Shown here: positions 26,787-38,300 of the stretch, piece after piece
Layout of the letters: each line of letters starts with the position of its first letter
Numbering within the stretch: position 1 is the stretch's first letter
Source: an uncultured bacterium
Lineage (GTDB): Bacteria; Patescibacteriota; Minisyncoccia; Moranbacterales; UBA2206
Assembly: GCA_903831805.1 (NCBI GenBank)
Contig: CAIKZD010000017.1
Coordinates: 12,358 to 76,357, forward strand
DNA length: 64,000 bases
Reading direction: 5' to 3'
Notes under the pieces: generated by a model
What the model saw: only the letters and a program-made list of their open reading frames with translations
What the model was told of the DNA's origin: nothing
Databases searched by the model: none
Position numbers and translations under genes: made by a program

Positions 26787-29700
26787 TTAATATTCCGTCA
26801 CATACACCTTCCCATCTCCAATAATTGTTTGGATTTTTTCGGGAAGACTGGCGACGTTTTTCACGCAATAGGGCGTTTCGATTTTTTTGCCGCCGATGTT
26901 GAGATATACTTTAGTCGAGCCGAGATCACAGCGGTCAAAAAGCGCGGAGAGTTCTTTCAGCGTGGTTTGCGAGAAGGCGGCGGGAAGAGAGATGGTGATG
27001 CGCGGTTTTGGCTCGACCGGAGAAATATTTTTTGTATCAATAGTTCTAGAATCTTCCACAGAAGATTCTTTTTTTTGAGGAATATGGGCCGGGGCGGGAA
27101 TGTGGCCGTTGGTTTTTTGGGTGTGGAGGATGCGGGTGAAGTTTTCCATTTCGGCCGGTGTGACGGCTTTCACGCTGTCGGCCAAAAGTTTGAACTCGCC
27201 GTCTTTATTGGACAGTTTGCCGGTGGCGAGGATAATGCGGTCTGCCACCCAGATCGAGCCGGTGGCTTCCAGGGTTTTCGGGAAGACCAGAATCTCCATG
27301 CGCGCATCCATATCTTCTACGGTGACAAAAGCCATCATTTTTTGGTTTTTGAGATAGATTTTTTTGATGGCTGAAATGATGCCACCGATGGAAATGTTCT
27401 GATTGACATGTTCTGGTCCCACGCTCCGAATTGGCACGGCCATTTTGGAAAAGTATTCCATATATTCTTTGACCGGATGATCACTGATATACAGACCCAA
27501 TAATTCTTTTTCCCAAGTGAGACGATCCTTTTTTTCGGCCGGGGGCACGGTGGCCAATCTGATTTCCGGCAGTTTCACTTCTTCCAAGCTGAACAAACTG
27601 CCTTGGTTGGTGCCGGTCAAGCGGTCCAGATTTTTGCTGTGAGTGATGATGTTCTCGATGGAGGCGATGATGGCGTTCCGCTCGGCGAAAAGGTCGAGGG
27701 CCCCAACTTTGGCCAGGGCTTCGATGGATTTTTTGTTCAAATCTTTGTGGCGCACCCGTTCGATGAACTGCGTGAAGCTTTGGAATTTTCCGCCCCGTTT
27801 TCTTTCGGCCACAACTTCATGGGCGATGGTGTGGCCGACATTTTTGACAGCGTTCAAGCCGAAGCGGATTTTGACCGTTTTGTTTTCGGCGTCGTTGATG
27901 ACGGAAAATTCTTCAAAACTTTCATTGATGTCGGGCGGCAAAACTTCAATGCCCATTTCGCGGCACTCCGCCACTTCGATGGCCACGCGGTCGATGTTGT
28001 CTTGGTCGGAAGTGAGGAGAGCGGCCATAAATTCGGCGGGGAAGTGGGCTTTCAAGTAAGCCGTTTGATAGCCGACCATGGCATAACAAGCCGCATGACT
28101 TCGATTAAAACCATATCCGGCGAATGGTTCGATGTAAGCGAAAACTTTTTCCGCTACGGCCCCGGAAATGTTTTGTCTGATGCAGCCGTCGATGAATTTG
28201 GTTTTTTGCTCTTGAATCAAAGCGAACACTTTTTTGCCCATGGCTTTTCTGAGCACATCCGCTTCACCAAGCGAGAAGCCGGCCAGTTGTTGGGCGATCT
28301 GCATGACTTGTTCTTGATAGACCGCTACACCATAAGTTTTTTCCAGGATCGGTTTCAATTTCGGATGGAGATATTCGATGCGCCGTTCGCCGTGTTTTCG
28401 CGCGATGAAGTCCGGGATCCAATCCATCGGGCCGGGACGATAGAGGGCTACCATAGCGATGATGTCTTCGAAGACGTTAGGCTTCAAAAGTTTCAAATAT
28501 CTTTTCATGCCGGAACTTTCCAGCTGAAAAACGCCGGTAGTGCGGGCTTCCTGCAGCAGTTTGAAAGTTTTTTTGTCATCTTCCGGAATGTCGTTCACAT
28601 CCAGTTCGATGTCTCGGATTTTTTTCACGATGCGAAGGGTATTTTGGATGATGGTGAGATTTTTCAAACCTAAAAAGTCCATCTTAAGGAGGCCAATTTT
28701 TTCGATGAAGCTGGATTTGGTGGAAGAAGAATATTGCGTCACCATGCCGGATTCTTTGCCGATAATCTTTTGTAGGGGAGTGTATTCCATGACCGGTTCT
28801 TTGGTGATGACTACGCCGCAAGCGTGCATGGAAGCATGGCGCGCCACGCCTTCCAAGCGCGCGGCCGAGTCGATCAATTTTTTGCCGTTCGGGTCGTTAG
28901 CCCGCAAGTCGGAAAATTCTTTCACGTTTTCTAGTGCTTCGGCAATGTTGGAAAACATCGGAATGAGTTTGGCGGTGTGATCGCAAAAATCATAGGGAAG
29001 ACCGAGCGCACGGCCGGCGTCCCGGATAGCGGCTCTAGCAGCCATGGTTCCGAAGGTGATGATTTGGGCCACATGATCGTCGCCATATTTTTCGCGCACA
29101 TAAGCCAACACTTCATCACGCCGGTCGTCGGCAAAATCCATATCCACATCGGGCATGGAAATTCTTTCCGGGTTGAGAAAACGTTCGAAAAGCAGATCAT
29201 ATTTGATCGGGTCAATGTTAGTGATGCCGATAAGATAACTCACGAAACTACCGGCCGCACTGCCACGTCCCGGGCCGACCACAATGCCCTGCGCGCGGGC
29301 CCAATTGACGAAATCGGCCACAATGAGAAAGTAGGAAGCGTAGCCGGTTTTCTTGATGATGTCCAGCTCATAAGCCATTCTGGTTTTATGCGTCTCCGTG
29401 ACAGCGCCAGCAAATCTTTTTTGCAAACCTTCCTCGGTCATTTGCAAAAGATAGGTTTCGGCGGTGAAACCTTCCGGCACATCATAGTGCGGCAACTGAG
29501 TCTCGCCGAGCTTAATTTCCACGTTGCATTTCGCAACCACCTCCTGGGTGTTGGCCAGGGCTTCCGGCACATCCTTGAAATGTTCGGCCATCTCTTCCGG
29601 ACTTTTGAGATAGAGTTCGAAATCCATCAGATTCATGCGATTGGTTTCCGTCACTTTGCGGTTGGTCTGGATGCACAGGAGAATATCCTGGATTTCGTTA

Positions 29701-30356
29701 TCTTCTTTTTTGACATAGTGGATATCATTAGTGGCCACGATCGGAATGCCGGTTTTTTTGGAAATTTCAATGAGCGCTTCATTGGCGATGGCTTGATTGG
29801 GAAATTTGGGATGATGCTGGATTTCTAAATAGAAATTGCCCACGCCGAAAATATCTTGATATTCCAGCGCCAGTTTTTCCGCTTTTTCCAGCCCGCTTTT
29901 CACCGCGGCGGAGGGCACTTCGCCTTCCACACAGGCGCTGAGGCCGATGAGTCCGTCGGAATATTGCCGCAACAGTTCACGGTTGATGCGCGGCTTGTAG
30001 TAGAAGCCGTCGATATGGGCAAAAGTGATGAGTTTCATCAAATTTTTATAACCAATTTCATTTTTGGCGAGGAGGATTAAATGGAAACGCGTGCGGTCTT
30101 CGGTGGTGTTGTTTTTGCTTTTATAATCACCGGCGGTGAGATACATCTCGCAACCGATGAGAGGCTTGATGCCGCGCGCTTTGGCTTTGATGAAAAATTC
30201 CACCGCGCCATATAGCACGCCGTGATCGGTGATGGCTAGGGAATCCATCCCGAGCTCTTTGGCGCGATCAAGAATGTCGTCAATCTTAGCTAGGCCGTCT
30301 AATAAAGAGTAGTGGGTGTGGACGTGGAGATGTGTAAATTTTGGAGTGGTGGACAT
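26787..30356 (-). CDS. dnaE: DNA polymerase III alpha subunit
   Basis: HLHVHTHYSLLDG, GPGRGSAAGS, MPDVDMD, KMDFLGL, YGFNRSH. Confidence 0.98.
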   Translation of the reverse strand: MSTTPKFTHLHVHTHYSLLDGLAKIDDILDRAKELGMDSLAITDHGVLYGAVEFFIKAKARGIKPLIGCEMYLTAGDYKSKNNTTEDRTRFHLILLAKNEIGYKNLMKLITFAHIDGFYYKPRINRELLRQYSDGLIGLSACVEGEVPSAAVKSGLEKAEKLALEYQDIFGVGNFYLEIQHHPKFPNQAIANEALIEISKKTGIPIVATNDIHYVKKEDNEIQDILLCIQTNRKVTETNRMNLMDFELYLKSPEEMAEHFKDVPEALANTQEVVAKCNVEIKLGETQLPHYDVPEGFTAETYLLQMTEEGLQKRFAGAVTETHKTRMAYELDIIKKTGYASYFLIVADFVNWARAQGIVVGPGRGSAAGSFVSYLIGITNIDPIKYDLLFERFLNPERISMPDVDMDFADDRRDEVLAYVREKYGDDHVAQIITFGTMAARAAIRDAGRALGLPYDFCDHTAKLIPMFSNIAEALENVKEFSDLRANDPNGKKLIDSAARLEGVARHASMHACGVVITKEPVMEYTPLQKIIGKESGMVTQYSSSTKSSFIEKIGLLKMDFLGLKNLTIIQNTLRIVKKIRDIELDVNDIPEDDKKTFKLLQEARTTGVFQLESSGMKRYLKLLKPNVFEDIIAMVALYRPGPMDWIPDFIARKHGERRIEYLHPKLKPILEKTYGVAVYQEQVMQIAQQLAGFSLGEADVLRKAMGKKVFALIQEQKTKFIDGCIRQNISGAVAEKVFAYIEPFAGYGFNRSHAACYAMVGYQTAYLKAHFPAEFMAALLTSDQDNIDRVAIEVAECREMGIEVLPPDINESFEEFSVINDAENKTVKIRFGLNAVKNVGHTIAHEVVAERKRGGKFQSFTQFIERVRHKDLNKKSIEALAKVGALDLFAERNAIIASIENIITHSKNLDRLTGTNQGSLFSLEEVKLPEIRLATVPPAEKKDRLTWEKELLGLYISDHPVKEYMEYFSKMAVPIRSVGPEHVNQNISIGGIISAIKKIYLKNQKMMAFVTVEDMDARMEILVFPKTLEATGSIWVADRIILATGKLSNKDGEFKLLADSVKAVTPAEMENFTRILHTQKTNGHIPAPAHIPQKKESSVEDSRTIDTKNISPVEPKPRITISLPAAFSQTTLKELSALFDRCDLGSTKVYLNIGGKKIETPYCVKNVASLPEKIQTIIGDGKVYVTEY

Positions 30357-30376
30357 AAAAATTTAGTTTGTTTAAG

Positions 30377-30500
30377 AATTTTCAATAATCAATTTACAAT
30401 TTTCATTCAATAATCAATATTTAATATTCAATTTCGTAATTTTTAAATTAAAAAATTTAAGACATTTATTGAAGATTGATTATTGATCATTGGAAATTGG
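30377..30500. repeat. Heptamer-periodic inverted element (family D)
   Basis: First 42 nt identical to 63628-63669; right arm is the degenerate reverse complement. Confidence 0.8.
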
Positions 30501-30884
30501 AGACAATAAAAACTACCCCAGAGAAGTAGCTTTAAATATTACGCATGATGATACAGTATTTTCCATCTTTTTTATTATCCCCTTAATCCGGATTGCTCCA
30601 TGGATGCGGCAGGATGATTATGAATCCAGTATAGCACAGAGTGTTTTCCATAACAAAAAAGAACCTGGCTATAGTTCCAGATCTTTTTTGTTTTCTTTAA
30701 TATACAGGCCTATATTTATTTCCCGCTTATATGATAAGATGGAAACAATAAACGAAAGAACTATAAAAACACAAAGTTTATTATCTCAAAAAACCATGAA
30801 CATGTCAACCCTGTTAAATAAGTGAGTAAAAATGGGGGCTTGAAATTTTGTAGCTATTTAAATAATGTAATGCCAATAATCATT

Positions 30885-31658
30885 ATGGGGAAAAATTTAA
30901 CAGGGTCAATAGTTGAATTATTCGAGGAAGAAAGGGCTTTTTTTGCCCAAGGATATGATGCAGTTGTCGGAATTGATGAGGCGGGAAGAGGACCATTAGC
31001 CGGACCTGTCGTAGCTGCCGCTACAACAGTCCGGAATTTCCAATTTCTAATTTCCAATTTCCAAACAAATCCTAATGATCAAATTTCTAATGACAAAGAT
31101 TTTTTCAAAAAATTAAATCTCATCAAAGATTCTAAAAAACTTTCAGAGAAGCAGCGCGAGATGTTATATGATTTCATCCAAGAAAATTTCTATGTCGGAG
31201 TGGGGATTTGCGATCACTTGACCATTGATCGAATAAATATTCTGGAAGCGACGTATTTGGCGATGAAGAGCGCGGTGAGTGAACTCACGCGAATCATGAA
31301 CCATGAATCACGAATCATGAATGAAAAAAACATAATTCATAATTCAAAATTCATAATTCTGGTGGATGGCAATAAAGAAATTCCCAATCTTTCCATTGAC
31401 CAAAAAGCGATCGTGGGCGGGGATGGCTTGGTGAAATCGATTGCGGCAGCGTCCATCATTGCCAAGGTGACGCGGGATCGAATGATGAAAGAGGCACACG
31501 GAAAATATCCGCAGTATAATTTTTTGCAGCACAAAGGTTACGGCACTAAGATTCACATGGATGCGCTCAAAAAATTCGGTCCGTGCGAGATCCATCGCCG
31601 CAGTTTCCGGCCGGTGAGAGATGTGCTGGATATGTATCGCTCAACTATCAGCAATTAG
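30885..31658 (+). CDS. rnhB: Ribonuclease HII with two heptamer-repeat insertions
   Basis: GIDEAGRGPLAGPV, DSKKLS, SIAAASIIAKVTRD, HKGYGT. Confidence 0.96.
   Translation: MGKNLTGSIVELFEEERAFFAQGYDAVVGIDEAGRGPLAGPVVAAATTVRNFQFLISNFQTNPNDQISNDKDFFKKLNLIKDSKKLSEKQREMLYDFIQENFYVGVGICDHLTIDRINILEATYLAMKSAVSELTRIMNHESRIMNEKNIIHNSKFIILVDGNKEIPNLSIDQKAIVGGDGLVKSIAAASIIAKVTRDRMMKEAHGKYPQYNFLQHKGYGTKIHMDALKKFGPCEIHRRSFRPVRDVLDMYRSTISN
31035..31097. repeat. Heptamer repeat insertion in rnhB
   Basis: (AATTTCY)n, encodes NFQFLISNFQTNPNDQISNDK. Confidence 0.85.
31291..31360. repeat. Heptamer repeat insertion in rnhB with inverted arms
   Basis: (GAATCAT)n then (CATAATT)n, encodes IMNHESRIMN..IIHNSKFII. 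Confidence 0.85.
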
Positions 31659-31712
31659 CCAACAGCGGCCGAATGGCTTGATTTTAAGCGGTATTTGGAG
31701 TAAGCTGGAAGT

Positions 31713-33425
31713 ATGAAAGAACAAATTAAACAACTTTTGGAAAACGCTATCGTGGAGCTCAAAAACCAAGAAAAATGGCCTGATTTTGATGCATTTGAAA
31801 TCGAAGTGGATTATCCGAAAAACGAAGCTTTTGGCGATTTCACGACGAACGTGGCAATGAATCTGGGACGAAGCCTCAAAAAAAATCCGGCGGAAGTGGC
31901 CAAGGCTTTGTCATTAGTCATTGGTCAACAGTCACTAGCGAAAGATATTTTTGATAAAGTTGAAGTGGTGGCGCCGGGGTATATCAATTTCTATTTTTCC
32001 AAAAAATATTTGCAAGACAAGGTGGCGGAGATTAATGAGAAGAGAGAAAAATTCGGTGATTTTGAGAGCAAGGAAAAAGCTATGGTGGAATATTCTCAGC
32101 CGAATACGCACAAGGAATTCCATGTCGGGCATCTACGCAATGTCATTATTGGGAGCACATTGGTGGAAGTTTTAAAAAAAGCCGGACAAGTTGTGACGGC
32201 TGCCAATTATATCGGCGATACCGGCACGCATGTGGCCAAATGTTTGTGGTCGCTCGAAAAATTTTACAGCGAAAAAGATTTGGACGCAGCTGAGAACAAG
32301 GCGGAATTTTTAGGCAAAGCTTATTCCCGCGCGGCGGAGGAAATAGAAAATAATAAAGAATATGAAACAGAATTTAAAGCTTTGCAAAAAGAATTTGAAG
32401 GTGGAGATGAAAAACTCACGCGTCTATGGCAAAAAACCCGACAATGGAGTCTGGATGAATTTATGCGGATTTATGATAAGCTAGGAGTGCATTTTGATGT
32501 TTTTTTCTATGAAAGCGAGGAAGAAATTGAAGGCAAAAAAATGTTGCCAGAACTGCTTAAATCAGGCGTGATAAAAAAAAGTGAGGGAGCCATCATCGCT
32601 GACTTAGAACAATATGGTTTGGGCGTCTTGGTCTTGCAGCGCAGTGATGGGGCGGCGCTTTATGGCCTTAAGGACATTCCTTTGGCCATTAAAAAGTTTG
32701 AAGAATATCAGATAGAAAGAAGTGTGTATGTGGTGGATGTCAGACAGAGCCTCTATTTTGATCAGTTGTTTAAAATTCTTTCAGAAATCGGTTTCAAAAA
32801 AGAGATGGCGCACGTCGGTTACGATTTTGTGACGCTCAAGGATGGGGAAGGCATGTCTTCGCGTAAAGGCAATATCGTGCCGGCTAATTTTCTCATGGCA
32901 CAAGTTGAAAGCAGGGTAAGAGAGAAATTTTCCAACGCGCCGAGCCCGGAAGGCATCTCGCTGGGTGCGATAAAGTTTTTCATGCTCAAATATTCTTCTA
33001 AAAGCAAAATAGAGTTTGATATCGACGAGTCAGTGCGATTGGAAGGTTCGACGGGGCCGTATGTGCAATACGCGCATGCTCGCATCTGTAGTATCTTAGG
33101 CAAAGCGGCGGAGCAGGGTATCGACGTGGCCGGAGGAGCGGATTTAACTGAACTTGTCCACGAAAAAGAACTGATGCTGATCCGCGAATTGGATAAATTC
33201 CCACTCCTGGTGGCGGAAACGGCCAAGACTTATGAGGTGCATAAATTACCGTATTATGCCATCCGACTGGCTGATAAGTTCCATTCGTTCTATAATGACT
33301 TGAAGGTCATTGACGCGGATAATCTGGCAGTGACCAAGGCCAGACTGAAATTAATTGAAGCGGTTAAAATAGTATTGCAAGAGACATTGCGCCTCATCGG
33401 CGTTTCGGCGCCGGATAGGATGTAA
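31713..33425 (+). CDS. argS: Arginine--tRNA ligase
   Basis: EYSQPNTHKEFHVGHLRN, MSSRKG, GPYVQYAHARI. Confidence 0.97.
   Translation: MKEQIKQLLENAIVELKNQEKWPDFDAFEIEVDYPKNEAFGDFTTNVAMNLGRSLKKNPAEVAKALSLVIGQQSLAKDIFDKVEVVAPGYINFYFSKKYLQDKVAEINEKREKFGDFESKEKAMVEYSQPNTHKEFHVGHLRNVIIGSTLVEVLKKAGQVVTAANYIGDTGTHVAKCLWSLEKFYSEKDLDAAENKAEFLGKAYSRAAEEIENNKEYETEFKALQKEFEGGDEKLTRLWQKTRQWSLDEFMRIYDKLGVHFDVFFYESEEEIEGKKMLPELLKSGVIKKSEGAIIADLEQYGLGVLVLQRSDGAALYGLKDIPLAIKKFEEYQIERSVYVVDVRQSLYFDQLFKILSEIGFKKEMAHVGYDFVTLKDGEGMSSRKGNIVPANFLMAQVESRVREKFSNAPSPEGISLGAIKFFMLKYSSKSKIEFDIDESVRLEGSTGPYVQYAHARICSILGKAAEQGIDVAGGADLTELVHEKELMLIRELDKFPLLVAETAKTYEVHKLPYYAIRLADKFHSFYNDLKVIDADNLAVTKARLKLIEAVKIVLQETLRLIGVSAPDRM
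31910..31938. repeat. Four GTCANNN heptamers within argS
   Basis: gtcatta gtcattg gtcaaca gtcacta, encodes SLVIGQQSL. Confidence 0.65.
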
Positions 33426-33442
33426 ATATTAGCAAAAAAAAT

Positions 33443-34609
33443 ATGAAAATAGGCATAGACGCACGCACCATTTTAAATCCCGAGAAAGGAGAGGCTATCG
33501 GAGTCGGACATTACACATACCAGTTGATCCGCCACTTGCTGGCTATCGATAAAGAGAACGAATACGTTTTGTTTTTCGATTTTCGCGTGCGAGAAAAAGA
33601 CGTCAAGAAATTTGCACAGTCGAACGTGAAAATTAAATTCTATCCTTTTTCCGATTACAAAAAATATATGCCAGGGGCCTATAATGAAATTTTAGGGATG
33701 GCCACCTTGCTCCGTGAAAATTTGGATATTGTCCATTCGACGTCCCCGATGAGCCGCATCCCCGTGAGCTATCGCGGGAAAACCGTGGTGACAGTGCATG
33801 ATCTGGCCGTCTACAAGGTACCGGACGTTTTTCCGCAGCTGAAACGGACGAAAATCAGGACGACCACTAATTTGATGGTCAGTCACGCGGACATGATTAT
33901 CGCCGCTTCACAGTCGACCAAGAATGATATAGTGGATATTTTTGAAGCCAAGGAAGAGAAGATTAAAGTCATTTACAGCGGATTTGATAAACGGATGAGT
34001 GAAGAATCGAAAATGTCCCGGGGCGTGGTGTTGGAGAAATATGATATCGGCAAAGATAAAAAATATATCCTGTTCCTTGGAACGATCGAGCCGATCAAAA
34101 ACATCACGCGCTTGTTTGAGGCTTTCAAAAAATTTAAGGAAGACAGTATTAAAGAAAGTGGGAAATGCAATCATAAATTGGTAATGTCCGGCAAAAATGG
34201 TTGGTTGGCGCAGGAATATCGCCAGATTGCCAAGGATTTAGGCTTGGCCAAAGATGTAATTTTCACCGGTTATGTTATTGGTGATGAGTTGGTGCCGCTG
34301 TTCAAGAACGCCGATTTTTTTGTGATGCCGTCGCTCTACGAAGGATTTGGTATGACCGTGCTGGAAGCTTTTGCCACCGGCACGCCAGCCATCTTGAGCA
34401 ACGTTTCTTCCATTCCGGAGGTGGCGGGGGACGCCGCGCTTTTGGTCAATCCTTTGAAGACTGAGGAGATTGCGGAAGCCATGAAACTTTTTGCCCAAGA
34501 CGAAAACTTGAAAAACGCTTATCGTGCCAAAGGACTCGCGCAAGTGGAAAAATTCAATTGGGAAAAGTGTGCGCGCGAAACACTGGAAGTGTATAAGAGT
34601 CTGAAGTAG
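33443..34609 (+). CDS. Glycosyltransferase family 4
   Basis: [27 protein letters not shown]. Confidence 0.93.
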   Translation: MKIGIDARTILNPEKGEAIGVGHYTYQLIRHLLAIDKENEYVLFFDFRVREKDVKKFAQSNVKIKFYPFSDYKKYMPGAYNEILGMATLLRENLDIVHSTSPMSRIPVSYRGKTVVTVHDLAVYKVPDVFPQLKRTKIRTTTNLMVSHADMIIAASQSTKNDIVDIFEAKEEKIKVIYSGFDKRMSEESKMSRGVVLEKYDIGKDKKYILFLGTIEPIKNITRLFEAFKKFKEDSIKESGKCNHKLVMSGKNGWLAQEYRQIAKDLGLAKDVIFTGYVIGDELVPLFKNADFFVMPSLYEGFGMTVLEAFATGTPAILSNVSSIPEVAGDAALLVNPLKTEEIAEAMKLFAQDENLKNAYRAKGLAQVEKFNWEKCARETLEVYKSLK

Positions 34610-34617
34610 AAATTTTT

Positions 34618-34923
34618 ATGTTTGAATCAATTTCCAATGCCGAAGCGAAACAATTGATTGCGGAAAAAAAAGACAACGCAAAATTTTCCATCCTGGATGT
34701 GCGGACGCCGGAAGAATTTCAAGGTGGCGCCATAGCCGGCGCGAAAAATATCAATATCTATGAACCGGATTTTCGAGCCAAGTTAAACGCGCTGGACAAG
34801 GAAGGATCTTATCTGGTATATTGCAGGAGTGGCGCGCGTTCCAAGGCGGCAGCGAAAATTATGCAGCAACTCGATTTTTCTGAAGTGTACGAAATTGACA
34901 ATGGTTTTACGAATTTTCAATGA
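34618..34923 (+). CDS. Rhodanese-like protein
   Basis: LDVRTPEEF, VYCRSGARS. Confidence 0.92.
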   Translation: MFESISNAEAKQLIAEKKDNAKFSILDVRTPEEFQGGAIAGAKNINIYEPDFRAKLNALDKEGSYLVYCRSGARSKAAAKIMQQLDFSEVYEIDNGFTNFQ

Positions 34924-34927
34924 TATA

Positions 34928-35190
34928 AAAGCGTTTGAGGGACTATCCATCCCGATGCTTTCGGAAAGAAATCCTTTTTTAAGGAGAGTAGACTCTGACG
35001 GGTTCCGCTTCAGCGGCGGATGAAGGCCCGTAATAGCCGTTTCAGAGGGTTGATTAGTTGAATAGTTTATTAGTTGATTAGGAAAGAAGCCTAATTAACC
35101 AATAAACTAAGTGACTAATTAACTAAATTAAGGTGGTACCGCGATTAAAGTCGCCCTTAAACGTAAGTTTTTGGGTGTTTTTTTATTTTT
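34928..35190 (+). ncRNA. T-box riboswitch (Ile), short stem I
   Basis: T-box AATTAAGGTGGTACCGCG at 35126-35143; ATC in terminal loop at 34945-34947; terminator with U-run. Confidence 0.88.
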
Positions 35191-35219
35191 AATATACACA
35201 ATTAAACATTTAATTTATC

Positions 35220-35367
35220 CGTCATCCTGAGCGGAGTGAGCCCGCTTCAGCGGGGGAACGAAGTCGAAGGATCTACTTACATTACCTCAGGCTTATTGAT
35301 TTATAAAAAAGCCAGTGGTAACGCAAAATAGATTCTTCGACTTCGCTACGCTCCGCTCAGAATGACG
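35220..35367. repeat. Family A element between T-box terminator and ileS start
   Basis: CGTCATCCTGAGC...GCTCAGAATGACG, 55-nt core. Confidence 0.92.
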
Positions 35368-35376
35368 ACTTATACT

Positions 35377-38300
35377 ATGAGTTTTAGAAAAGTAGAATCG
35401 AATCAAAAATTTCCGGAGATGGAAATGGAAGTGCTTAAATTTTGGGGGGAGAATAAAATTTTTGAGAAATCTTTAGAGAATCGCAAGGACGCTAAAGAAT
35501 ATAGTTTTTATGATGGACCGCCGTTTGCCACGGGCACGCCGCACTATGGACATATCGTGGCTAGTGTCATGAAGGATGTAGTTCCGAGATATTGGACCAT
35601 GAAGGGATATTACGTCGAGCGTAAATGGGGGTGGGATTGTCATGGGCTACCGATTGAGAATATCGTGGAAAAAGAATTAGGCTCAAAGAAAAAGAAAGAT
35701 ATTGTAGAAATGGGAGTGGAAAAATTTAATGAGCTTTGCCGCAGCAAGGTTCTGACCTATGTGGATGTGTGGGAGAAAGTTGTCAGTCGCATGGGGCGTT
35801 GGGCGGATATGAAAACCTCTTATCGGACGATGGACAAAGACTATATGGAAAGTGTATGGTGGGTTTTTAAAGAGCTTTGGGATAATGGACTAATCTATGA
35901 AGACTATCGCTCGATGCATGTTTGCCCAAGGTGTGAAACTACTTTGTCGCAATCAGAAGTTTCTGAAGGATATAAAGATATAAAAGATTTGTCAGTCATT
36001 GCAAAGTTTGAGCTGATTGATGAGCCGGGGACTTTTGTTTTAGCGTGGACGACGACACCCTGGACATTGCCGGGCAATGTGGCTTTGGCAGTGGGAGAAG
36101 AATTAGAATATGTGAAAGTGAAAGATTTATGGATTCCTCTGGATAAAGATAATATAAAGCCATTAGAAGAAGGAAAAACTCCGCCGGCAGTAGAAATGAA
36201 AGAGGAATATTATATTATTGAGAAGAATTCTTTTGAAAAATATAAAAAGATGTTTCATAACGCTGAGCCAAACGTTATAGAAGAATTTAAAGGTAAAAAT
36301 TTGATTGGCAAAAAATACGTTCCGCTTTTTGATTTTTATAGTAAAGACGAAAAATTAGCTAATCATAACAATGGTTGGAAAATTTATGCCGGTGATTTTG
36401 TGACGACCGAAGAAGGCACAGGCGTGGTGCACATAGCCCCGGCCTTTGGAGAAGATGATATGCGACTAGGGAAAGAAAATAATTTGCCCTTTGTGCAACA
36501 CGTGGCAATGGACGGCAGTTTCAAAGAAGAGTTGGGAGAACTGGCCGGACTGAACGTAAAACCGATTGAAAATCCACAAGCGACGGATGTGGAGATTATA
36601 AAATATCTAGCCAAGCATGGCACGCTCTTCCATAAAGAAAAATTTGAACATAGCTATCCGCATTGTTGGCGCTGTGACACGCCACTCATCAACTATGCGA
36701 CGAGTTCATGGTTTGTAGCTGTCACTAAAATCAAAGACAAAATGTTGGAGGTGGCCAAAAATATTAATTGGTCGCCGGCTAACATGAAAGAAGGCCGGTT
36801 CGGCAATTGGCTAGAAGGCGCGCGCGATTGGTCCATTTCCCGCCAGAGATTTTGGGCTTCTGTCATGCCGATCTGGGTGTGCGAAGAATGCGGCGAACAG
36901 AAAGTTTTTGGTAGTGTGGCGGAATTGGAAAAATTGAGCGGCGAGAAAATTGATGATTTGCACAAACACATCGTCGACAAAGTTACATTTCCTTGCGAAA
37001 AGTGTCAGAAGAAAATGAAGCGCGTGCCGGATGTACTCGACACTTGGTTTGACAGTGGCTCAATGCCATACGCTCAAAAACATTATCCGTTTGAAAATAA
37101 AGAACGCTTCGACAAAACTTTTCCCGCCAATTTCATTGCGGAAGGTGTGGATCAAACCCGGGCCTGGTTCTATTATTTGCATGTTATTGCCAGTGGCGTG
37201 AAAGAGCAAGAGGCTTTTCAGAATGTTATTGTGAATGGGATTGTTCTCGCTGAAGATGGCAAGAAGATGAGTAAGAAGCTACAAAATTATCCGGATCCAA
37301 TGGAAATGTTTGAAAAATATGGGGCGGACAGCGTGCGGCACTATCTGATGAGCTCGCCGGTGGTGGCTGCGCAAAATATGAATTTCATGGAAAGTGAGGT
37401 GGGTGAAATCACGCGAGGAATGATGCGCATGCTCTGGAATTCCTATTCATTCTTCGTGCTTTACGCGGACATCGACAAATTCGAAGCGGACAAAAACTTT
37501 GATCCAAAAAAACTGAATGGTCTTTTGGACCGCTGGATGGTTTCAGAACTACATATGCTGATTAAAGATTTCAATGGGCACATGGAAAACTATGAATTGC
37601 ATAAAGCGGCGCGCCTCTTGCCGAAGTTTATCGATAATCTTTCCAACTGGTACATTCGCCGTTCGCGTAAACGCTTTTGGAAAAGTGAAAACGATGGCGA
37701 CAAGAATGAAGCTTATCAGACTTTGTATTATGTTTTGGTAGAACTTTCCAAAGTTATGGCACCGTTCACGCCATTTATCGCGGAAGAAATTTGGAGAAAT
37801 TTGACGAGTGGCGTTTCAGAACCCCTCCGCCCCTTCGGGACACATCCCCTGAGTACAGGGGAGGGGGAAGTTGCGTCTGTGCATCTGCAAGATTTTCCGG
37901 CGGCAGATGAAAAATTGATTGATGAGAAAGTGAATAAAAATATGCAAGATCTTCGTGAAATTATAACTCTTGGCTTACAAGATCGGGCTAAAAACGGAAT
38001 TAAGGTTCGTCAGCCATTGAAAAGGGTTATTCTTGGACAAAAATACGCCGATGTTTTTAATGAAACTATTAATAAGATTGAATGGAGCAGTATTCTCATA
38101 GAAGAACTTAATGTTAAAGGCGCGGAGCTTGGAACGAAAACTGAAACAGTTATGATTGATACAGAAATCACTCCCGAACTGAAGCTTGAAGGGGCTGCGC
38201 GGGAAATCATTCGTCATATTCAACAGATGAGAAAAGATGCCGGCTACGAAGTGGATAACCGAATTGAGGTGTGGTATGATGGCTTAAAAGAGGTTTTTGA

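Noticed and set aside
26787-30356. Intein or intron in dnaE
   Set aside because: Length is typical and no intein splice motifs or large insertion are evident
30490-30825. 111-aa ORF upstream of rnhB
   Set aside because: TTG start inside a repeat, crosses terminator-like hairpins, no motifs
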